Origin: Chthoniobacterales bacterium
GTDB taxonomy: Bacteria > Verrucomicrobiota > Verrucomicrobiia > Chthoniobacterales > JACTMZ01
Direction of reading: 5' to 3'
NCBI GenBank assembly: GCA_041736875.1
Contig: JBGSSV010000131.1
Location: 6,820-70,819, forward strand
Length of the DNA stretch: 64,000 nt
Shown here: positions 18,539-28,461 of the stretch, in pieces
Position numbering within the stretch: the first letter of the stretch is position 1
How the letters are laid out: each line of letters starts with the position of its first letter
The notes under the pieces: model-generated
Told to the model about the DNA's origin: nothing
Seen by the model: the letters and a program-made list of their open reading frames with translations, nothing else
Databases searched by the model: none
Program-made: the position numbers and the translations under genes

Positions 18539-18772
18539 ATGCAAGGTCCCCTCGGCGAGGATGCTCACCTCGTGCGCAATTCTACTCTCTACCGCGAATT
18601 TCTGGCCGAGCGGGAGGAAATTCTCCGCCACAAGTGGATCGAAAGCGAAAAGCTGGGCCACGACATTGGTTTCGAGAAGGCCCTGCTGGATTGGGTCATG
18701 CGGCACCGCGGTGGTTGGCGTGAGACCCGGGCCCGCGCGGGGCGCGAAAATCGTTCGGTCAGCGCTGGCTGA
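18539..18772 (+). CDS. small conserved protein (DUF4032-like)
   Basis: LYREFLAEREEILRHKWIESEKLGHDIGFEKALLDW motif. Confidence 0.8.
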   Translation: MQGPLGEDAHLVRNSTLYREFLAEREEILRHKWIESEKLGHDIGFEKALLDWVMRHRGGWRETRARAGRENRSVSAG

Positions 18773-18823
18773 GTTGATTGCAGTGCTGACGTCCGGCGTC
18801 CTTCTGTGGCAAGCTCGCCGTCC

Positions 18824-19363
18824 ATGACCCGCGACGATGTCGGCCGACCATTGCATGATGCCCATGCTATCTCCGGCGCTCTCGGCGGAATGGCCGATGG
18901 TTTGGCAGCGGAGCTGAAGGGCGAGGCGGCGGTTTTCCTCGCCGGTATACCCACGCGTGGAGTGACGCTGGCCTTGCGCTTGCGGGAGGAATTGGCGGCC
19001 CGCGGGTTGGCCTGTTCGTCCGGTTCGGTGGACATCTCCATGCACCGCGACGATCTCGGCCTGCGGGAGGGGATTCACCCGCTGCGCGGCACCGATCTGC
19101 CGCTCGACCCGGAGCGCTGGAATGTGGTGCTCGTTGATGATGTCCAGCACACGGGACGGACCGCCCGCGCCGCCCTGGAGGCGGTGCTGGCCTTCGGCCG
19201 ACCGCGGCGCATTCTTTATGCCGTTCTGGCCGACCGCGGCGGACGTGAGTTGCCCGTGCGTCCGGATTTCACCGGGATGGAACTCTCCGTGCCTGCGGAG
19301 GCGCGTGTGCGGGTGCGACTCGCCGGAACGGATGATGGTGCCGAGGGAATTTACGTTTCATGA
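18824..19363 (+). CDS. pyrR: PyrR bifunctional regulator / uracil phosphoribosyltransferase
   Basis: GIPTRG, HRDD, VLVDDV..TGRT and DRGGRELP.RPDF.G; directly upstream of pyrB. Confidence 0.9.
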   Translation: MTRDDVGRPLHDAHAISGALGGMADGLAAELKGEAAVFLAGIPTRGVTLALRLREELAARGLACSSGSVDISMHRDDLGLREGIHPLRGTDLPLDPERWNVVLVDDVQHTGRTARAALEAVLAFGRPRRILYAVLADRGGRELPVRPDFTGMELSVPAEARVRVRLAGTDDGAEGIYVS

Positions 19364-20295
19364 ACTGGACGCGCAAAGATCTGCATGCCCTCTCGGTCCT
19401 CTCGGCCGAGGAAATCAACCTCGTCCTCGACACGGCGGCCGAGTTCAAGGGCGTGGGGCAGCGCCGGTTGAAAAAGTTTCCCAGCCTGCGCGGCAAAACG
19501 CTCGTCAATCTGTTCGTTGAGGCCAGCACGCGGACGCGGACCTCGTTCGAGTTGGCTGCGGTGCGGTTGAGTGCGGATGTGGTCAACATCAGCGCCAGCG
19601 CCTCCAGCCTGTCGAAAGGCGAGAGCCTCAAGGACACGGCGAAAACGCTTGAGGCGCTGGCGGCCGATCTGATTGTCCTGCGTCATTCGGCCGCGGGTTC
19701 CGCGCAGTTCCTGGCCGAGCGCCTGCGTGCCGGGGTGATCAACGCCGGCGACGGTTCCCATGAGCACCCGACCCAGGGGTTGCTCGACGTTTTTACCATC
19801 CGCGAACGCCTCGGGCGCGTCGCCGGGGTCAAGGTTGGCATTGTCGGCGACATCCGCTTCAGCCGCGTGGCCCGCTCGAATCTCGAGGCCCTTACCAAGT
19901 TGGGCGCTGAGGTGATTCTCATCGGACCCTCGACCCTCGTGCCACGCGAGTTCGCCCGCTCGGGCGCACGGATCACGCATCGCTTGGATGACGTGCTGGG
20001 CGAATTGGACGTGATCAATCTCCTGCGCATCCAGCATGAGCGTCAGCGTGCGGGCTACTTTCCCGGCACCGGCGAGTATGCCTCGTTTTTCGGTCTCAAC
20101 GCAGCCCGGGCCCGGCGGCTCAAGCCCGGGGCCCTGGTCATGCATCCCGGACCGATCAACCGCGGAGTGGAATTGGACGGCTCGGTGGCGGACGGGCCGC
20201 AGAGCGTGATTCTCGATCAGGTGACCAACGGTCTGGCCGTGCGGATGGCCGTGCTCTATCTCTGCGGATCCGTGCCGCCGCCGGAAGATTCATGA
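19360..20295 (+). CDS. pyrB: aspartate carbamoyltransferase catalytic subunit
   Basis: EASTRT, HEHPTQGLLD, RIQHER and MHPGPINRG. Confidence 0.98.
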   Translation: MNWTRKDLHALSVLSAEEINLVLDTAAEFKGVGQRRLKKFPSLRGKTLVNLFVEASTRTRTSFELAAVRLSADVVNISASASSLSKGESLKDTAKTLEALAADLIVLRHSAAGSAQFLAERLRAGVINAGDGSHEHPTQGLLDVFTIRERLGRVAGVKVGIVGDIRFSRVARSNLEALTKLGAEVILIGPSTLVPREFARSGARITHRLDDVLGELDVINLLRIQHERQRAGYFPGTGEYASFFGLNAARARRLKPGALVMHPGPINRGVELDGSVADGPQSVILDQVTNGLAVRMAVLYLCGSVPPPEDS

Positions 20296-21572
20296 AAAAA
20301 TCCATCAACATTCGTGGCGGGCGCGTGATTGATCCGGCTTCGGCGCGGGATGAGGTCAGCGACGTTTATGTGGCCGATGGACTGTTCACATCCAGCCCGG
20401 TTGAGGGTGCGGTGGAGGTAGATGCCCGTGGGTTGGTTGTCTGCCCGGGATTGATCGACCTGCACGTTCACCTGCGCGAGCCGGGGCAGGGGGCGAAGGA
20501 GACGATCGAAACGGGAACAAAGGCCGCCGCGGCCGGAGGATTCACCAGCGTCGTCGCCATGCCCAACACGCAACCGGTCGCCGACCACCCGGGCATCATC
20601 GCGTGGATGCAGGAACGCGCGGCCGCCGTGGGCGTGGTCAATGTTTTCACCACCGGAGCAATCACCGTCGGATCACAAGGCGAGCAGCTGGCCCCGATTG
20701 GCGCCATGGCGGCGGCGGGAATCGTGGCCGTGACCGATGACGGGCGCTGCGTCCAGAACCACGAGCTGATGCGGCGGGCGGCCGAATACTGCGGGATGTT
20801 CGGGCTGCCGGTCATGGACCATTGCCAGGATGCGTCGCTGGCCGGGGCGGATGCCCTCATGCACGAAGGCTACTGGAGCACGATGCTCGGGCTTCCGGGC
20901 TGGCCGCGCATGGCGGAGGAAATCATCGTGGCCCGCGATGCCCTGCTGGCCGAGGCGACCGGCACGCGTTTTCACTGCCAGCACCTCTCCGCCGCCGGCA
21001 GTGTGCGCATTCTGCGCGAGGCCCGCGCGCGGGGGATTCCGCTCAGCGGCGAGGTCTGTCCGCATCATCTGGCGCTGACCGACGAGGCGCTGCGCGATTA
21101 CGACACGAACTTCAAAATGAATCCGCCGCTGCGCGAGCAAACGGACATCGAGGCGCTGCTCGGGGGCATTGCCGATGGCACGATCGACATCCTGGCCACC
21201 GACCATGCGCCCCACGCGCCTTACGAGAAGGAGGTGGAGTTTTCAGCCGCGCCCTTTGGTATTCTTGGTTTGGAGACTGCGGTGGGTTTGTTTTGCGAGC
21301 TCCTGCTGCACCATTATCGCGCGATCGAGTTGCCAGCGCTCATCGCCATGCTCACGGCCAACCCGGCGCGCCTGCTTGGCTTGGACCGCGGCACCCTGGC
21401 CATCGGCCGTCCCGGCGATGTCACCCTCCTCGACCCGGCTCGGGAGTGGCAGGTGGATAAGAATGCCTTCGCCTCGAAGTCCCGCAACACGCCCTTCCAC
21501 GGGCGCGTTCTGCGCGGCCAAGCCGTGCGCACGGTGGTGGGCGGCGACACGGTGTGGGCGGTCGACTCGTGA
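20292..21572 (+). CDS. pyrC: dihydroorotase
   Basis: DLHVHLREPG, MPNT, KMNPPLR and ATDHAPH. Confidence 0.96.
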   Translation: MKKSINIRGGRVIDPASARDEVSDVYVADGLFTSSPVEGAVEVDARGLVVCPGLIDLHVHLREPGQGAKETIETGTKAAAAGGFTSVVAMPNTQPVADHPGIIAWMQERAAAVGVVNVFTTGAITVGSQGEQLAPIGAMAAAGIVAVTDDGRCVQNHELMRRAAEYCGMFGLPVMDHCQDASLAGADALMHEGYWSTMLGLPGWPRMAEEIIVARDALLAEATGTRFHCQHLSAAGSVRILREARARGIPLSGEVCPHHLALTDEALRDYDTNFKMNPPLREQTDIEALLGGIADGTIDILATDHAPHAPYEKEVEFSAAPFGILGLETAVGLFCELLLHHYRAIELPALIAMLTANPARLLGLDRGTLAIGRPGDVTLLDPAREWQVDKNAFASKSRNTPFHGRVLRGQAVRTVVGGDTVWAVDS

Positions 21573-22705
21573 GTGCCGCCTTCGAGGTCCTGTCGGCCGA
21601 TCCCACGTCCCGCGCCCGGCGCGGTCGTCTCCGCACGCGGCGAGGCATCATCCAGACACCCATGTTCATGCCGGTGGGGACCCAGGGAACAGTCAAGGCG
21701 GTCAGCCCACGCGAGCTCCGCGAATTGCCCGCCCAGGTTATCCTCGGCAACACCTACCATCTTTTTGTCCGACCCGGGCTGGACGTGATCCGCAAACTCG
21801 GCGGCTTGCATCGCTTCATGGGTTGGGATGGCCCGATCCTGACCGACAGCGGCGGCTTTCAAGTTTTCTCCCTGGCCAAGCTGCGCCGCATCACCGAGGA
21901 GGGGGTCCATTTCCAGAATCACCTTGATGGTGGTGCCTGCTTCATCGGCCCGGAGACATCGATGGAAATCCAGCACACGCTTGGATCGGATATCGTCATG
22001 GCTTTCGACGAATGCCCTCCGCACCCGTGCACGCACGAGGCGGCGGCGAAAAGCCTCGAGCTCACGTTGGGTTGGGAGAGGCGGAGCATCGCGTGGTGGA
22101 ATGCGCGCGAGCACGTGAAGGAGCGGCCCCTGCTCTTCGGGATCGTGCAGGGGTCAAGCTACGCCGATCTGCGCGAGCGCTCGGCCCGCGAATTGGTTGC
22201 CATGGACTGGGATGGCTACGCCGTCGGCGGGGTCAGCGTGGGGGAACCGGAGAAAGAAATGATGGAAGCGGTGGATTTCGCCGTGCCGCATTTACCTCTG
22301 GATCGCCCGCGTTATGCCATGGGACTCGGCACGCCGCCGCAAATGGTCGAGATGGTCGCGCGGGGGATCGACATGTTCGACTGCGTGCTCCCCACGCGGG
22401 TGGCCCGGAACGGAACCGCGTTCGCCGAACAGGGCACGATGAATTTGAAGAATGCCTGCTTCACCCTAGACGACCGGCCGATCGAGGAAGGCTGCGGTTG
22501 CTATGCCTGCAGGAACTTTTCCCGCGCTTACCTGCGTCATCTGGTCAAGGCCGAGGAGATCCTCGGGCTCCGGTTGATCACGCTGCACAACCTGCATTTT
22601 TATCTGCGGTTGATGGAGCGCGTGCGCGAGGCGATCGAGCAGGGCCGGTTCGCCGATTTCCGGCGGGACTTTGTCGGCGGCTACAAGCCGCATCGCGACG
22701 AATGA
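21569..22705 (+). CDS. tgt: tRNA-guanine transglycosylase
   Basis: FMPVGT, LGNTYHL, TDSGGFQ, DMFDCVLPTR and CxCxxC zinc site; GTGA overlap with pyrC. Confidence 0.98.
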   Translation: MSAAFEVLSADPTSRARRGRLRTRRGIIQTPMFMPVGTQGTVKAVSPRELRELPAQVILGNTYHLFVRPGLDVIRKLGGLHRFMGWDGPILTDSGGFQVFSLAKLRRITEEGVHFQNHLDGGACFIGPETSMEIQHTLGSDIVMAFDECPPHPCTHEAAAKSLELTLGWERRSIAWWNAREHVKERPLLFGIVQGSSYADLRERSARELVAMDWDGYAVGGVSVGEPEKEMMEAVDFAVPHLPLDRPRYAMGLGTPPQMVEMVARGIDMFDCVLPTRVARNGTAFAEQGTMNLKNACFTLDDRPIEEGCGCYACRNFSRAYLRHLVKAEEILGLRLITLHNLHFYLRLMERVREAIEQGRFADFRRDFVGGYKPHRDE

Positions 22706-22718
22706 CGGCCCGGCGGGA

Positions 22719-23135
22719 TCAGGGATCCTGCTGGTCGTTGCGCACGTAGGGGTAGCGCGATTCGAAACCGATCTCGGGCGGGAATTCGCTGAAGCCGCTG
22801 TGGATCCAGTGGACGTTGCTGCGGTAGGGCGGGGCGTAGGTGCCTTTGTAGCTCGGGACGGGGAAGAGGAACACGTCGTAGAGCCCGTAGCCCACGCGGG
22901 CAAAGCTGCGGGCCAGACCGCGGACGATGCCGTAGCTGAACGCGGCATTGTTGCCTTCCATGTAGTTGACCGAAAGCATCGAGTCGGGCAGTTCGGTGAA
23001 ACCGAAGCAGATGTTGCCGAGCCCTCGTCCCAGCTTGCGGGTCGGGCCGTTGTCGGAGGAGGGCGGCTGCTGGATGTCGGCGCACGCGACGGCGGCGGTG
23101 ACGAGAAGGGCGATAAGGGTCAGGGGGCGCTTCAT
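22719..23135 (-). CDS. exosortase-system-associated exported protein (TIGR04073-like)
   Basis: Signal peptide; PTRKLGRGLGN…ELP and G+YDV.LFP pattern. Confidence 0.75.
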   Translation of the reverse strand: MKRPLTLIALLVTAAVACADIQQPPSSDNGPTRKLGRGLGNICFGFTELPDSMLSVNYMEGNNAAFSYGIVRGLARSFARVGYGLYDVFLFPVPSYKGTYAPPYRSNVHWIHSGFSEFPPEIGFESRYPYVRNDQQDP

Positions 23136-23191
23136 GATTCAAAGTCAATAGCACCGCCCGACCCGCGTTGGCAAGCGCAGGATTGAGGTGT

Positions 23192-23803
23192 TCAGTCGCC
23201 CAGCTCGACGTTCCAGCACCCGACATCGACAAAGTGGCGCCAGCTGTCGTGGATGCCGGCCGAATAGGTCAGGTGAATGAAGGGGCGCCAGCGCGGGCGG
23301 GCGGGCACCTTGAGCAGGCGCATGTTGGCCTCATGCGGCAGGCGGTTGCCCTTGCGGGTGTTGCACGGGATGCACGAGCAGACCACGTTGTCCCAGGTGG
23401 TCTGGCCACCCCGCTGTCTCGGCAGCACGTGGTCGAGATTGAGTTCCTGCCGGTCAAGGGTTCGTGCGCAATACTGACACGTGTGTTTGTCTCGCTCGTA
23501 AATATTCTGACGGGTGAGTTTCACCTCCTTGCTCGGCAGGCGGTCGAAAATCAACAGCACGATGACCGTGGGCACACGGATGCGGAAGCGCACCGCGTGG
23601 ACCATGTCGTTAGTCGGTTCGGTTTGGGAGAAATCGTGCCAACTGGCGAAATCGTGGGACAGGTAGTTGTTTTGCTGGTCCCGGCGGACGACCTGCGCAT
23701 GGCCTTGGTAGAGGAGGGTGAAGGCGCGACGGGCGCTGCAGACGTTGACGGCCTGCCACAACCGGTTGAGCACCAGAACGTGCCTGTCGAGTAGCGACTC
23801 CAT
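23192..23803 (-). CDS. HNH endonuclease
   Basis: VLVLN, RD..TCQYC, DHVLPR..GG.TTWDNVVC.C..CN..K. Confidence 0.93.
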   Translation of the reverse strand: MESLLDRHVLVLNRLWQAVNVCSARRAFTLLYQGHAQVVRRDQQNNYLSHDFASWHDFSQTEPTNDMVHAVRFRIRVPTVIVLLIFDRLPSKEVKLTRQNIYERDKHTCQYCARTLDRQELNLDHVLPRQRGGQTTWDNVVCSCIPCNTRKGNRLPHEANMRLLKVPARPRWRPFIHLTYSAGIHDSWRHFVDVGCWNVELGD

Positions 23804-23853
23804 GCAGCTTGGGTGCAACGGGCCTTGCCCATGGCTCGTTGCAATTGCTGGCG

Positions 23854-23881
23854 AAACTAACAACTCGACGGAGTTTGTCAA
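23854..23881 (-). promoter_or_regulatory. putative sigma70 promoter of the HNH gene
   Basis: Perfect TTGACA, N16, extended TGn-TAGTTT on the minus strand. Confidence 0.55.
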
Positions 23882-23910
23882 ACGACGCTGCCGTGGCCCA
23901 TGCAGCGCGA

Positions 23911-23938
23911 TTGCCTTTCATCGGCCGCTCCGTATACT
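23911..23938 (+). promoter_or_regulatory. putative sigma70 promoter of the TPR gene
   Basis: TTGCCT-N16-TATACT ending 10 nt before the ATG at 23949. Confidence 0.55.
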
Positions 23939-23948
23939 GGTGGGTCAG

Positions 23949-26276
23949 ATGCAAACGCTCCGCGCCCTCGCACTCTTCGTGGTCGTGGCCTTGGCCGCTG
24001 GACCGAGCGTCCAAGCCCAGGACGATTCCGCGCGGGTCTTTTTCTCCGCTTACCAGGAATACCAGCGGGCCGAGCGCTTCGAACGCGAGGGCCAGACGGC
24101 TGAAGCCATCGCCAAATTTCGTTTTGTCGTCAGCCAGCTGAGCCAGATGAAGGAGCAACATCCGGACTGGCAACCGCTGGTCGTTGAGTTCCGCCTGCGC
24201 AAGGCCCAAGAAGCGATCGTCCGCCTCGAGGGGACGCTTGATTCGGGCACTCTCGGGCCGCCGCCCGATCTGGCCGTCGCCGATGGTCTCGAGGATGTGC
24301 TGCCACCCGTGCGACCTCCCCGCGTGGACTCCGGTAGCGCGCCGCCGACGATTTCCATTGCACCTCCGCAAGAGGATGGCGTGGCGGAGCCCCTGCCGCC
24401 TTCGCCCCGGCCGGAGCCAGTTGTCGACACCGCGGAGATCGAGGCGGCGCGCAGCCAGTTGGCCTCCGAGAAGGCGCGGGCGCAGGACTTGGAGTCCAAG
24501 CTGACCCAGAGCGATGCCGAGTTGAGCAGCGTGAGTATGGAGTTGGAGAAGACCAAAGTCGCCTTGGTCGACCTCAATACCCAGCTGCGCCAGCTCAAGG
24601 AATCGGGCGCGGAAAGCAAGCCGTCGACGGATGCCGCCCAGGCGGAGATCGAGCGCCTCACGGCTTTGTCCAAAGAACTTGAGGAAAGTCTGGCTGCCGC
24701 CCAGCAGGACAAAGCGGATCTGACCGAGCGCGCGACCGAGAACACCAGGCAGCTCGAGGCCATCACCGCGGAGTTGCAGACGGCGAAAAGCGAGACCGAG
24801 TCGGCCAAGGTCCGGGTCGGTGAACTCGAGCAGGAGCGCGAGGGATTGGTCGCGGCGCGGGACGAGGCGCTGGGAAAACTGACCGCCGCGCAGTCCGAGG
24901 CGGAGACCGCTAAAGCCCGGGTCACAGAACTCGAGCAGGAGCGCGAGGGACTGGTGGCCGCGCGCGACGAGGCCCAGAAGCAGGCGGCGGAGGCCAAAAC
25001 CGCGCTGGAGAAATCCGCCGAGCTGATCGAGGCCAACCGCCAACTCGAATCCAAGCTGGCCGAGGCGGCGACGAAAATTTCCGGAATGGAAAGCGATGTC
25101 ACCGCCAAGGAGGAAGTCATCAGCGGCTTGCAGACGGACCTCGACAAGGTTCGAACCGAGCTGGCCGGAGCCCAGACCAAACTCAAGGATGACCGGGCCC
25201 GCTTCGACCAATTGCAGGCGGTCAACGACCAGTTGCTCAAGGAGTATGACGACGTCAACGGCGCCCTCGCGGCGGTCAAACTCGGCGACGTCACCGCGGC
25301 CGAGGCCAAGCTCATCCAGCAGGAGAACGAGGTGCTGCGCGGCATCATCATGCGTCAAATCAAGGAGCAAGCGCGCCGGGAGCAGGCTTACCGGTTGGCC
25401 CAGGAAGAGATGGACCGCCTCGAAATCCGCTCGGACACGCTCAACGACAAAATCAACGAACTGGCCAAGCCGACGCTCGAACTGACCGAAGCCGAGCAGG
25501 AAATGCTCAAGCGTCCGGTCGTGACCCTGCTCGACGCGGATGCGGCCAAGATGAGTGCCCAGGTCGAGGTGCTGAGGCCGAAGGTCCCCGGCATGGAGTC
25601 GACGCCCACGGAGGCTGCCACTGCCGAAGGCGGCGCCGAGGCCCCACCGCAGGGCGAGCCCGACGCGGCGGCGACGGCCGCGGCCCAATCCCTCAGCACC
25701 GAACCCTCGCCCGAAGCCATGGCCCTGATCGCCGAGGCGCGGGATGAGTTCGTCAAAGGCAACTTCGCCAAGGCCGAGCAACTCTACCAGAAGTTCCTCG
25801 AGAAACAGCCCGACAACGTTGTCGCCCTGGCCAATCTCGGCGTGGCCCAATTCCGCCAAGGCAAGCTGACCGCGGCGCAGTTGGCGTTGGAAAAGGCCGT
25901 CAAGGTCGATCCCACGGACGCCTTCACCCTCACGACCCTCGGGGCTGTCATGATCGAGCAGGGCCGCATCGAGGACGCCATCACCTACCTCAAACGCGCC
26001 AACGACTCCGTGGCCGATGATCCCATCACCCTGAATTACCTCGGCGTCGCCTCGAGCCAGATCGGTCAATTCGGCGAGGCGGAAAAAGCCCTGCGCCGCG
26101 CCATCACGGTCAAGCCCGACTACGCCGAGGCCCATTTCAATCTCGCGGTGATTTACGCCACGGCCAAACCGCCCTCCATCGCTCTGGCCAAACGCCATTA
26201 CGAAAAAGCCCTCGAGCTCGGCGCCGGCCCCGACAAACGGCTGGCCTCGCTGCTGCAAAGCAGTCCCGGCAGCTGA
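23949..26276 (+). CDS. exported long coiled-coil protein with C-terminal TPR repeats
   Basis: Signal peptide (VQA-Q), Pro-rich linker, about 380 aa of heptad coil and TPRs (ALANLG…, AEAHFNLA). Confidence 0.88.
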   Translation: MQTLRALALFVVVALAAGPSVQAQDDSARVFFSAYQEYQRAERFEREGQTAEAIAKFRFVVSQLSQMKEQHPDWQPLVVEFRLRKAQEAIVRLEGTLDSGTLGPPPDLAVADGLEDVLPPVRPPRVDSGSAPPTISIAPPQEDGVAEPLPPSPRPEPVVDTAEIEAARSQLASEKARAQDLESKLTQSDAELSSVSMELEKTKVALVDLNTQLRQLKESGAESKPSTDAAQAEIERLTALSKELEESLAAAQQDKADLTERATENTRQLEAITAELQTAKSETESAKVRVGELEQEREGLVAARDEALGKLTAAQSEAETAKARVTELEQEREGLVAARDEAQKQAAEAKTALEKSAELIEANRQLESKLAEAATKISGMESDVTAKEEVISGLQTDLDKVRTELAGAQTKLKDDRARFDQLQAVNDQLLKEYDDVNGALAAVKLGDVTAAEAKLIQQENEVLRGIIMRQIKEQARREQAYRLAQEEMDRLEIRSDTLNDKINELAKPTLELTEAEQEMLKRPVVTLLDADAAKMSAQVEVLRPKVPGMESTPTEAATAEGGAEAPPQGEPDAAATAAAQSLSTEPSPEAMALIAEARDEFVKGNFAKAEQLYQKFLEKQPDNVVALANLGVAQFRQGKLTAAQLALEKAVKVDPTDAFTLTTLGAVMIEQGRIEDAITYLKRANDSVADDPITLNYLGVASSQIGQFGEAEKALRRAITVKPDYAEAHFNLAVIYATAKPPSIALAKRHYEKALELGAGPDKRLASLLQSSPGS
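24774..24983 (+). repeat. 105-bp in-frame tandem duplication (2 x 35 aa)
   Basis: LQTAKSETESAKVRVGELEQEREGLVAARDEALGK / LTAAQSEAETAKARVTELEQEREGLVAARDEAQKQ. Confidence 0.85.
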
Positions 26277-26318
26277 TCGCCGGTGCCCAGGTTATTCCCG
26301 TCCCGCGACAGCCAAAGA

Positions 26319-26334
26319 TGGCATCGATCTTGCT
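26319..26334 (+). promoter_or_regulatory. sigma54 -24/-12 site upstream of pfkA
   Basis: TGGCAT-CGATC-TTGCT, close to the consensus TGGCAC-N5-TTGCW. Confidence 0.6.
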
Positions 26335-26347
26335 CCGTTGATGCGGG

Positions 26348-27448
26348 GTGAAGCGAAAAAAGATCCAGAAAATCGGGGTGTTGACCAGCGGCGGGGATTG
26401 TCCGGGGCTCAATGCCGTCATCCGCGGCGTGGTTCGCGCCGCCCACGAACAGGAATGGGAGGTAGTGGGCTTTGCCGATGGCTACGAGGGGCTGCTCTCG
26501 CCCGTGCGCTACCGCAAGCTCGATCCCAACGGGGTTGATAGCATCATGCCCATGGGCGGAACCATCCTCGGCACGGTAAACCGGGGACGCTTCGCCGCCA
26601 AGGTCGGTGAGGGCAAGAAGGCGCTCATTCCCAAAGCAATTCTGAGCGAGGCGCGCGAGGCCTTTGAAGGGTTGGGGCTCGATGCGCTCGTCTGCATCGG
26701 CGGCGACGGATCTCTCAGCACCGCTCTGCAACTCCAAGCCGCCGGTGTGCCCGTCGTCGGCGTCCCCAAGACGATCGACAATGACCTTTCGGCCACGGCC
26801 ATGACCTTCGGATTCGACTCGGCCGTCGAGGTTGTGGTCGACGCCCTCGACCGCCTGCACACCACGGCCCGCAGCCACAAGCGCATCATGGTGGTGGAAG
26901 TCATGGGACGCCATGCCGGCTGGATCGCCTTGCACGGTGGTCTCGGCGGCGGGGCCGATGTGATCCTCATTCCGGAGATCCCTTATCACATGGACCATCT
27001 CCTCCGGTTGCTGCGTCAGCGTAGGGCTGATGGCTTCGGCAGCGCCATGATCGTGGTTGCCGAGGGGGCAAAAGAAGCCGGCCGGAGCCTGGTGACCAAG
27101 GCGGCGAAGTTGCGCGGGGCCGGCGAAGTCAGGCTCGGTGGCGTGGGCGAGCAGTTGGCCGAAAGCCTCGAGGCGGCGACCGATCAGGAAGCCAGGTTTG
27201 TCACCCTCGGCCACTTGCAGCGCGGCGGCACGCCGAGTGCGCTCGATCGCATCCTGGCGACGCGCTTCGGCGTCGGGGCGGTGCGACTCATCGCCGCAGG
27301 GAAATTCGGTCACATGGTTAGCTACTTGAACTACCAGATCGGCGGTGTGCCCATTGCCAAGGCCGTGCGCAAGCTGCGGACCGTCGAGCCCGGCTGTGAG
27401 ACCGTGGCGGCTTGCCGTTCGGTCGGGATTTCTTTCGGCGACCGCTGA
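26348..27448 (+). CDS. pfkA: 6-phosphofructokinase (group III type; GGDG/PKTIDND, probably ATP-dependent)
   Basis: TSGGDCPGLN, GGTILGT, IGGDGS, PKTIDND, EVMGR and LGHLQRGG. Confidence 0.95.
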   Translation: MKRKKIQKIGVLTSGGDCPGLNAVIRGVVRAAHEQEWEVVGFADGYEGLLSPVRYRKLDPNGVDSIMPMGGTILGTVNRGRFAAKVGEGKKALIPKAILSEAREAFEGLGLDALVCIGGDGSLSTALQLQAAGVPVVGVPKTIDNDLSATAMTFGFDSAVEVVVDALDRLHTTARSHKRIMVVEVMGRHAGWIALHGGLGGGADVILIPEIPYHMDHLLRLLRQRRADGFGSAMIVVAEGAKEAGRSLVTKAAKLRGAGEVRLGGVGEQLAESLEAATDQEARFVTLGHLQRGGTPSALDRILATRFGVGAVRLIAAGKFGHMVSYLNYQIGGVPIAKAVRKLRTVEPGCETVAACRSVGISFGDR

Positions 27449-27495
27449 CTACGCCCGCACTATCGGGGCGCCCCGCTGGCCCGGCCGCCGGTCAA

Positions 27496-27750
27496 CTAAC
27501 AATCCGCGCTTTCGCAATCCGCATCAACCCGGTCGGCGGCGGCTTCCAATTGAAGCATGAGATCATGCAGGGCGGACCAGCAGCCGGCGATGTCAGGACC
27601 CCACTCGCCTTCCAAGCCGTCGAGTTTGGCGTTGGGCGACGGGTGACAGGCCAGATTTTCCTCGATCAGACACACCGCCGTGCGCAGCGCCGGACCATGA
27701 TAGGGAAGGTGAAGCTTGAGTTCGTGGGCGATCTCGGTGGTCTTCGACAT
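27496..27750 (-). CDS. small hypothetical protein
   Basis: 84-aa ORF filling the intergenic gap, with a weak TTGCCT-N17-AAGATT upstream. Confidence 0.45.
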   Translation of the reverse strand: MSKTTEIAHELKLHLPYHGPALRTAVCLIEENLACHPSPNAKLDGLEGEWGPDIAGCWSALHDLMLQLEAAADRVDADCESADC

Positions 27751-27795
27751 ACGACGACAATCTTTCACTGATTGCCCCGACAGGCAAGTGACGGG

Positions 27796-28461
27796 TCAAG
27801 ATTTTTGCGGCCCGATCAAGGCCCGGATTCGGTCCGGGGTCATGCCGACCAAGTCAATAACCGCCAGATCGGCCTCTTGGAGCAGATCGAGCGGGTTGGT
27901 CGTCGCCACGGCCAGCACTTTCATGCCGGCTCGCCGCGCCGCCTCGAGCCCGACCAAGGCGTCCTCGATAACCAGGCATTCAGCCGGGCTGACCCCCAAA
28001 CGTTCGGCTGCGAGCAGGAAAATCGCCGGGTCGGGTTTTCCGTGTTCGACCTCCTCACCTGAGACGATGACGTCGAAAAGCGGACGAAGATTCATCAGGT
28101 CGAGCAGCAGGTCGAGATTGGCGCGCTCGGTCGAGGAGCCAATGGCCCGGGGCAGACCCGCCGCCTGCAGGGCCTCGAGCAACGCATGAACGCCCGGCAG
28201 AGGCTCGATACCATGCTCGCGCACCAGTGAGCGGTAGATGGTCTCCTTTTCGTGGGCCAGAGCACCAACCTCGTCCGGTGCCGTGGCCCAGCCGAGGTCG
28301 GGAATGATCACGTTGTTCTTCTTGCCGAAACCGCGTTTGAAGTGGTCCGCCGGCAGAGGCAACCCGTGGCGCGAAGCCAGAACTTCCCAACTCCGCTCAT
28401 GATGTGCCGACGAGTCCACCACCACCCCGTCCCAGTCGAAGACAACGGCGGCGCTGGTCAC
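27796..28461 (-). CDS. HAD family phosphatase (beta-phosphoglucomutase-like)
   Basis: [20 protein letters not shown] and IEDA..G; GTGA overlap with the ilvD stop. Confidence 0.9.
   Translation of the reverse strand: MTSAAVVFDWDGVVVDSSAHHERSWEVLASRHGLPLPADHFKRGFGKKNNVIIPDLGWATAPDEVGALAHEKETIYRSLVREHGIEPLPGVHALLEALQAAGLPRAIGSSTERANLDLLLDLMNLRPLFDVIVSGEEVEHGKPDPAIFLLAAERLGVSPAECLVIEDALVGLEAARRAGMKVLAVATTNPLDLLQEADLAVIDLVGMTPDRIRALIGPQKS

Noticed and set aside
18773-18823. PyrR attenuator leader
   Set aside because: The gap is too short and has no AGUCCAGAGAG-type binding loop or terminator
23192-23803. HNH gene as a defence system or mobile element
   Set aside because: It is a common stand-alone HNH type in a housekeeping context, with no partner genes, intron or intein features, or repeats
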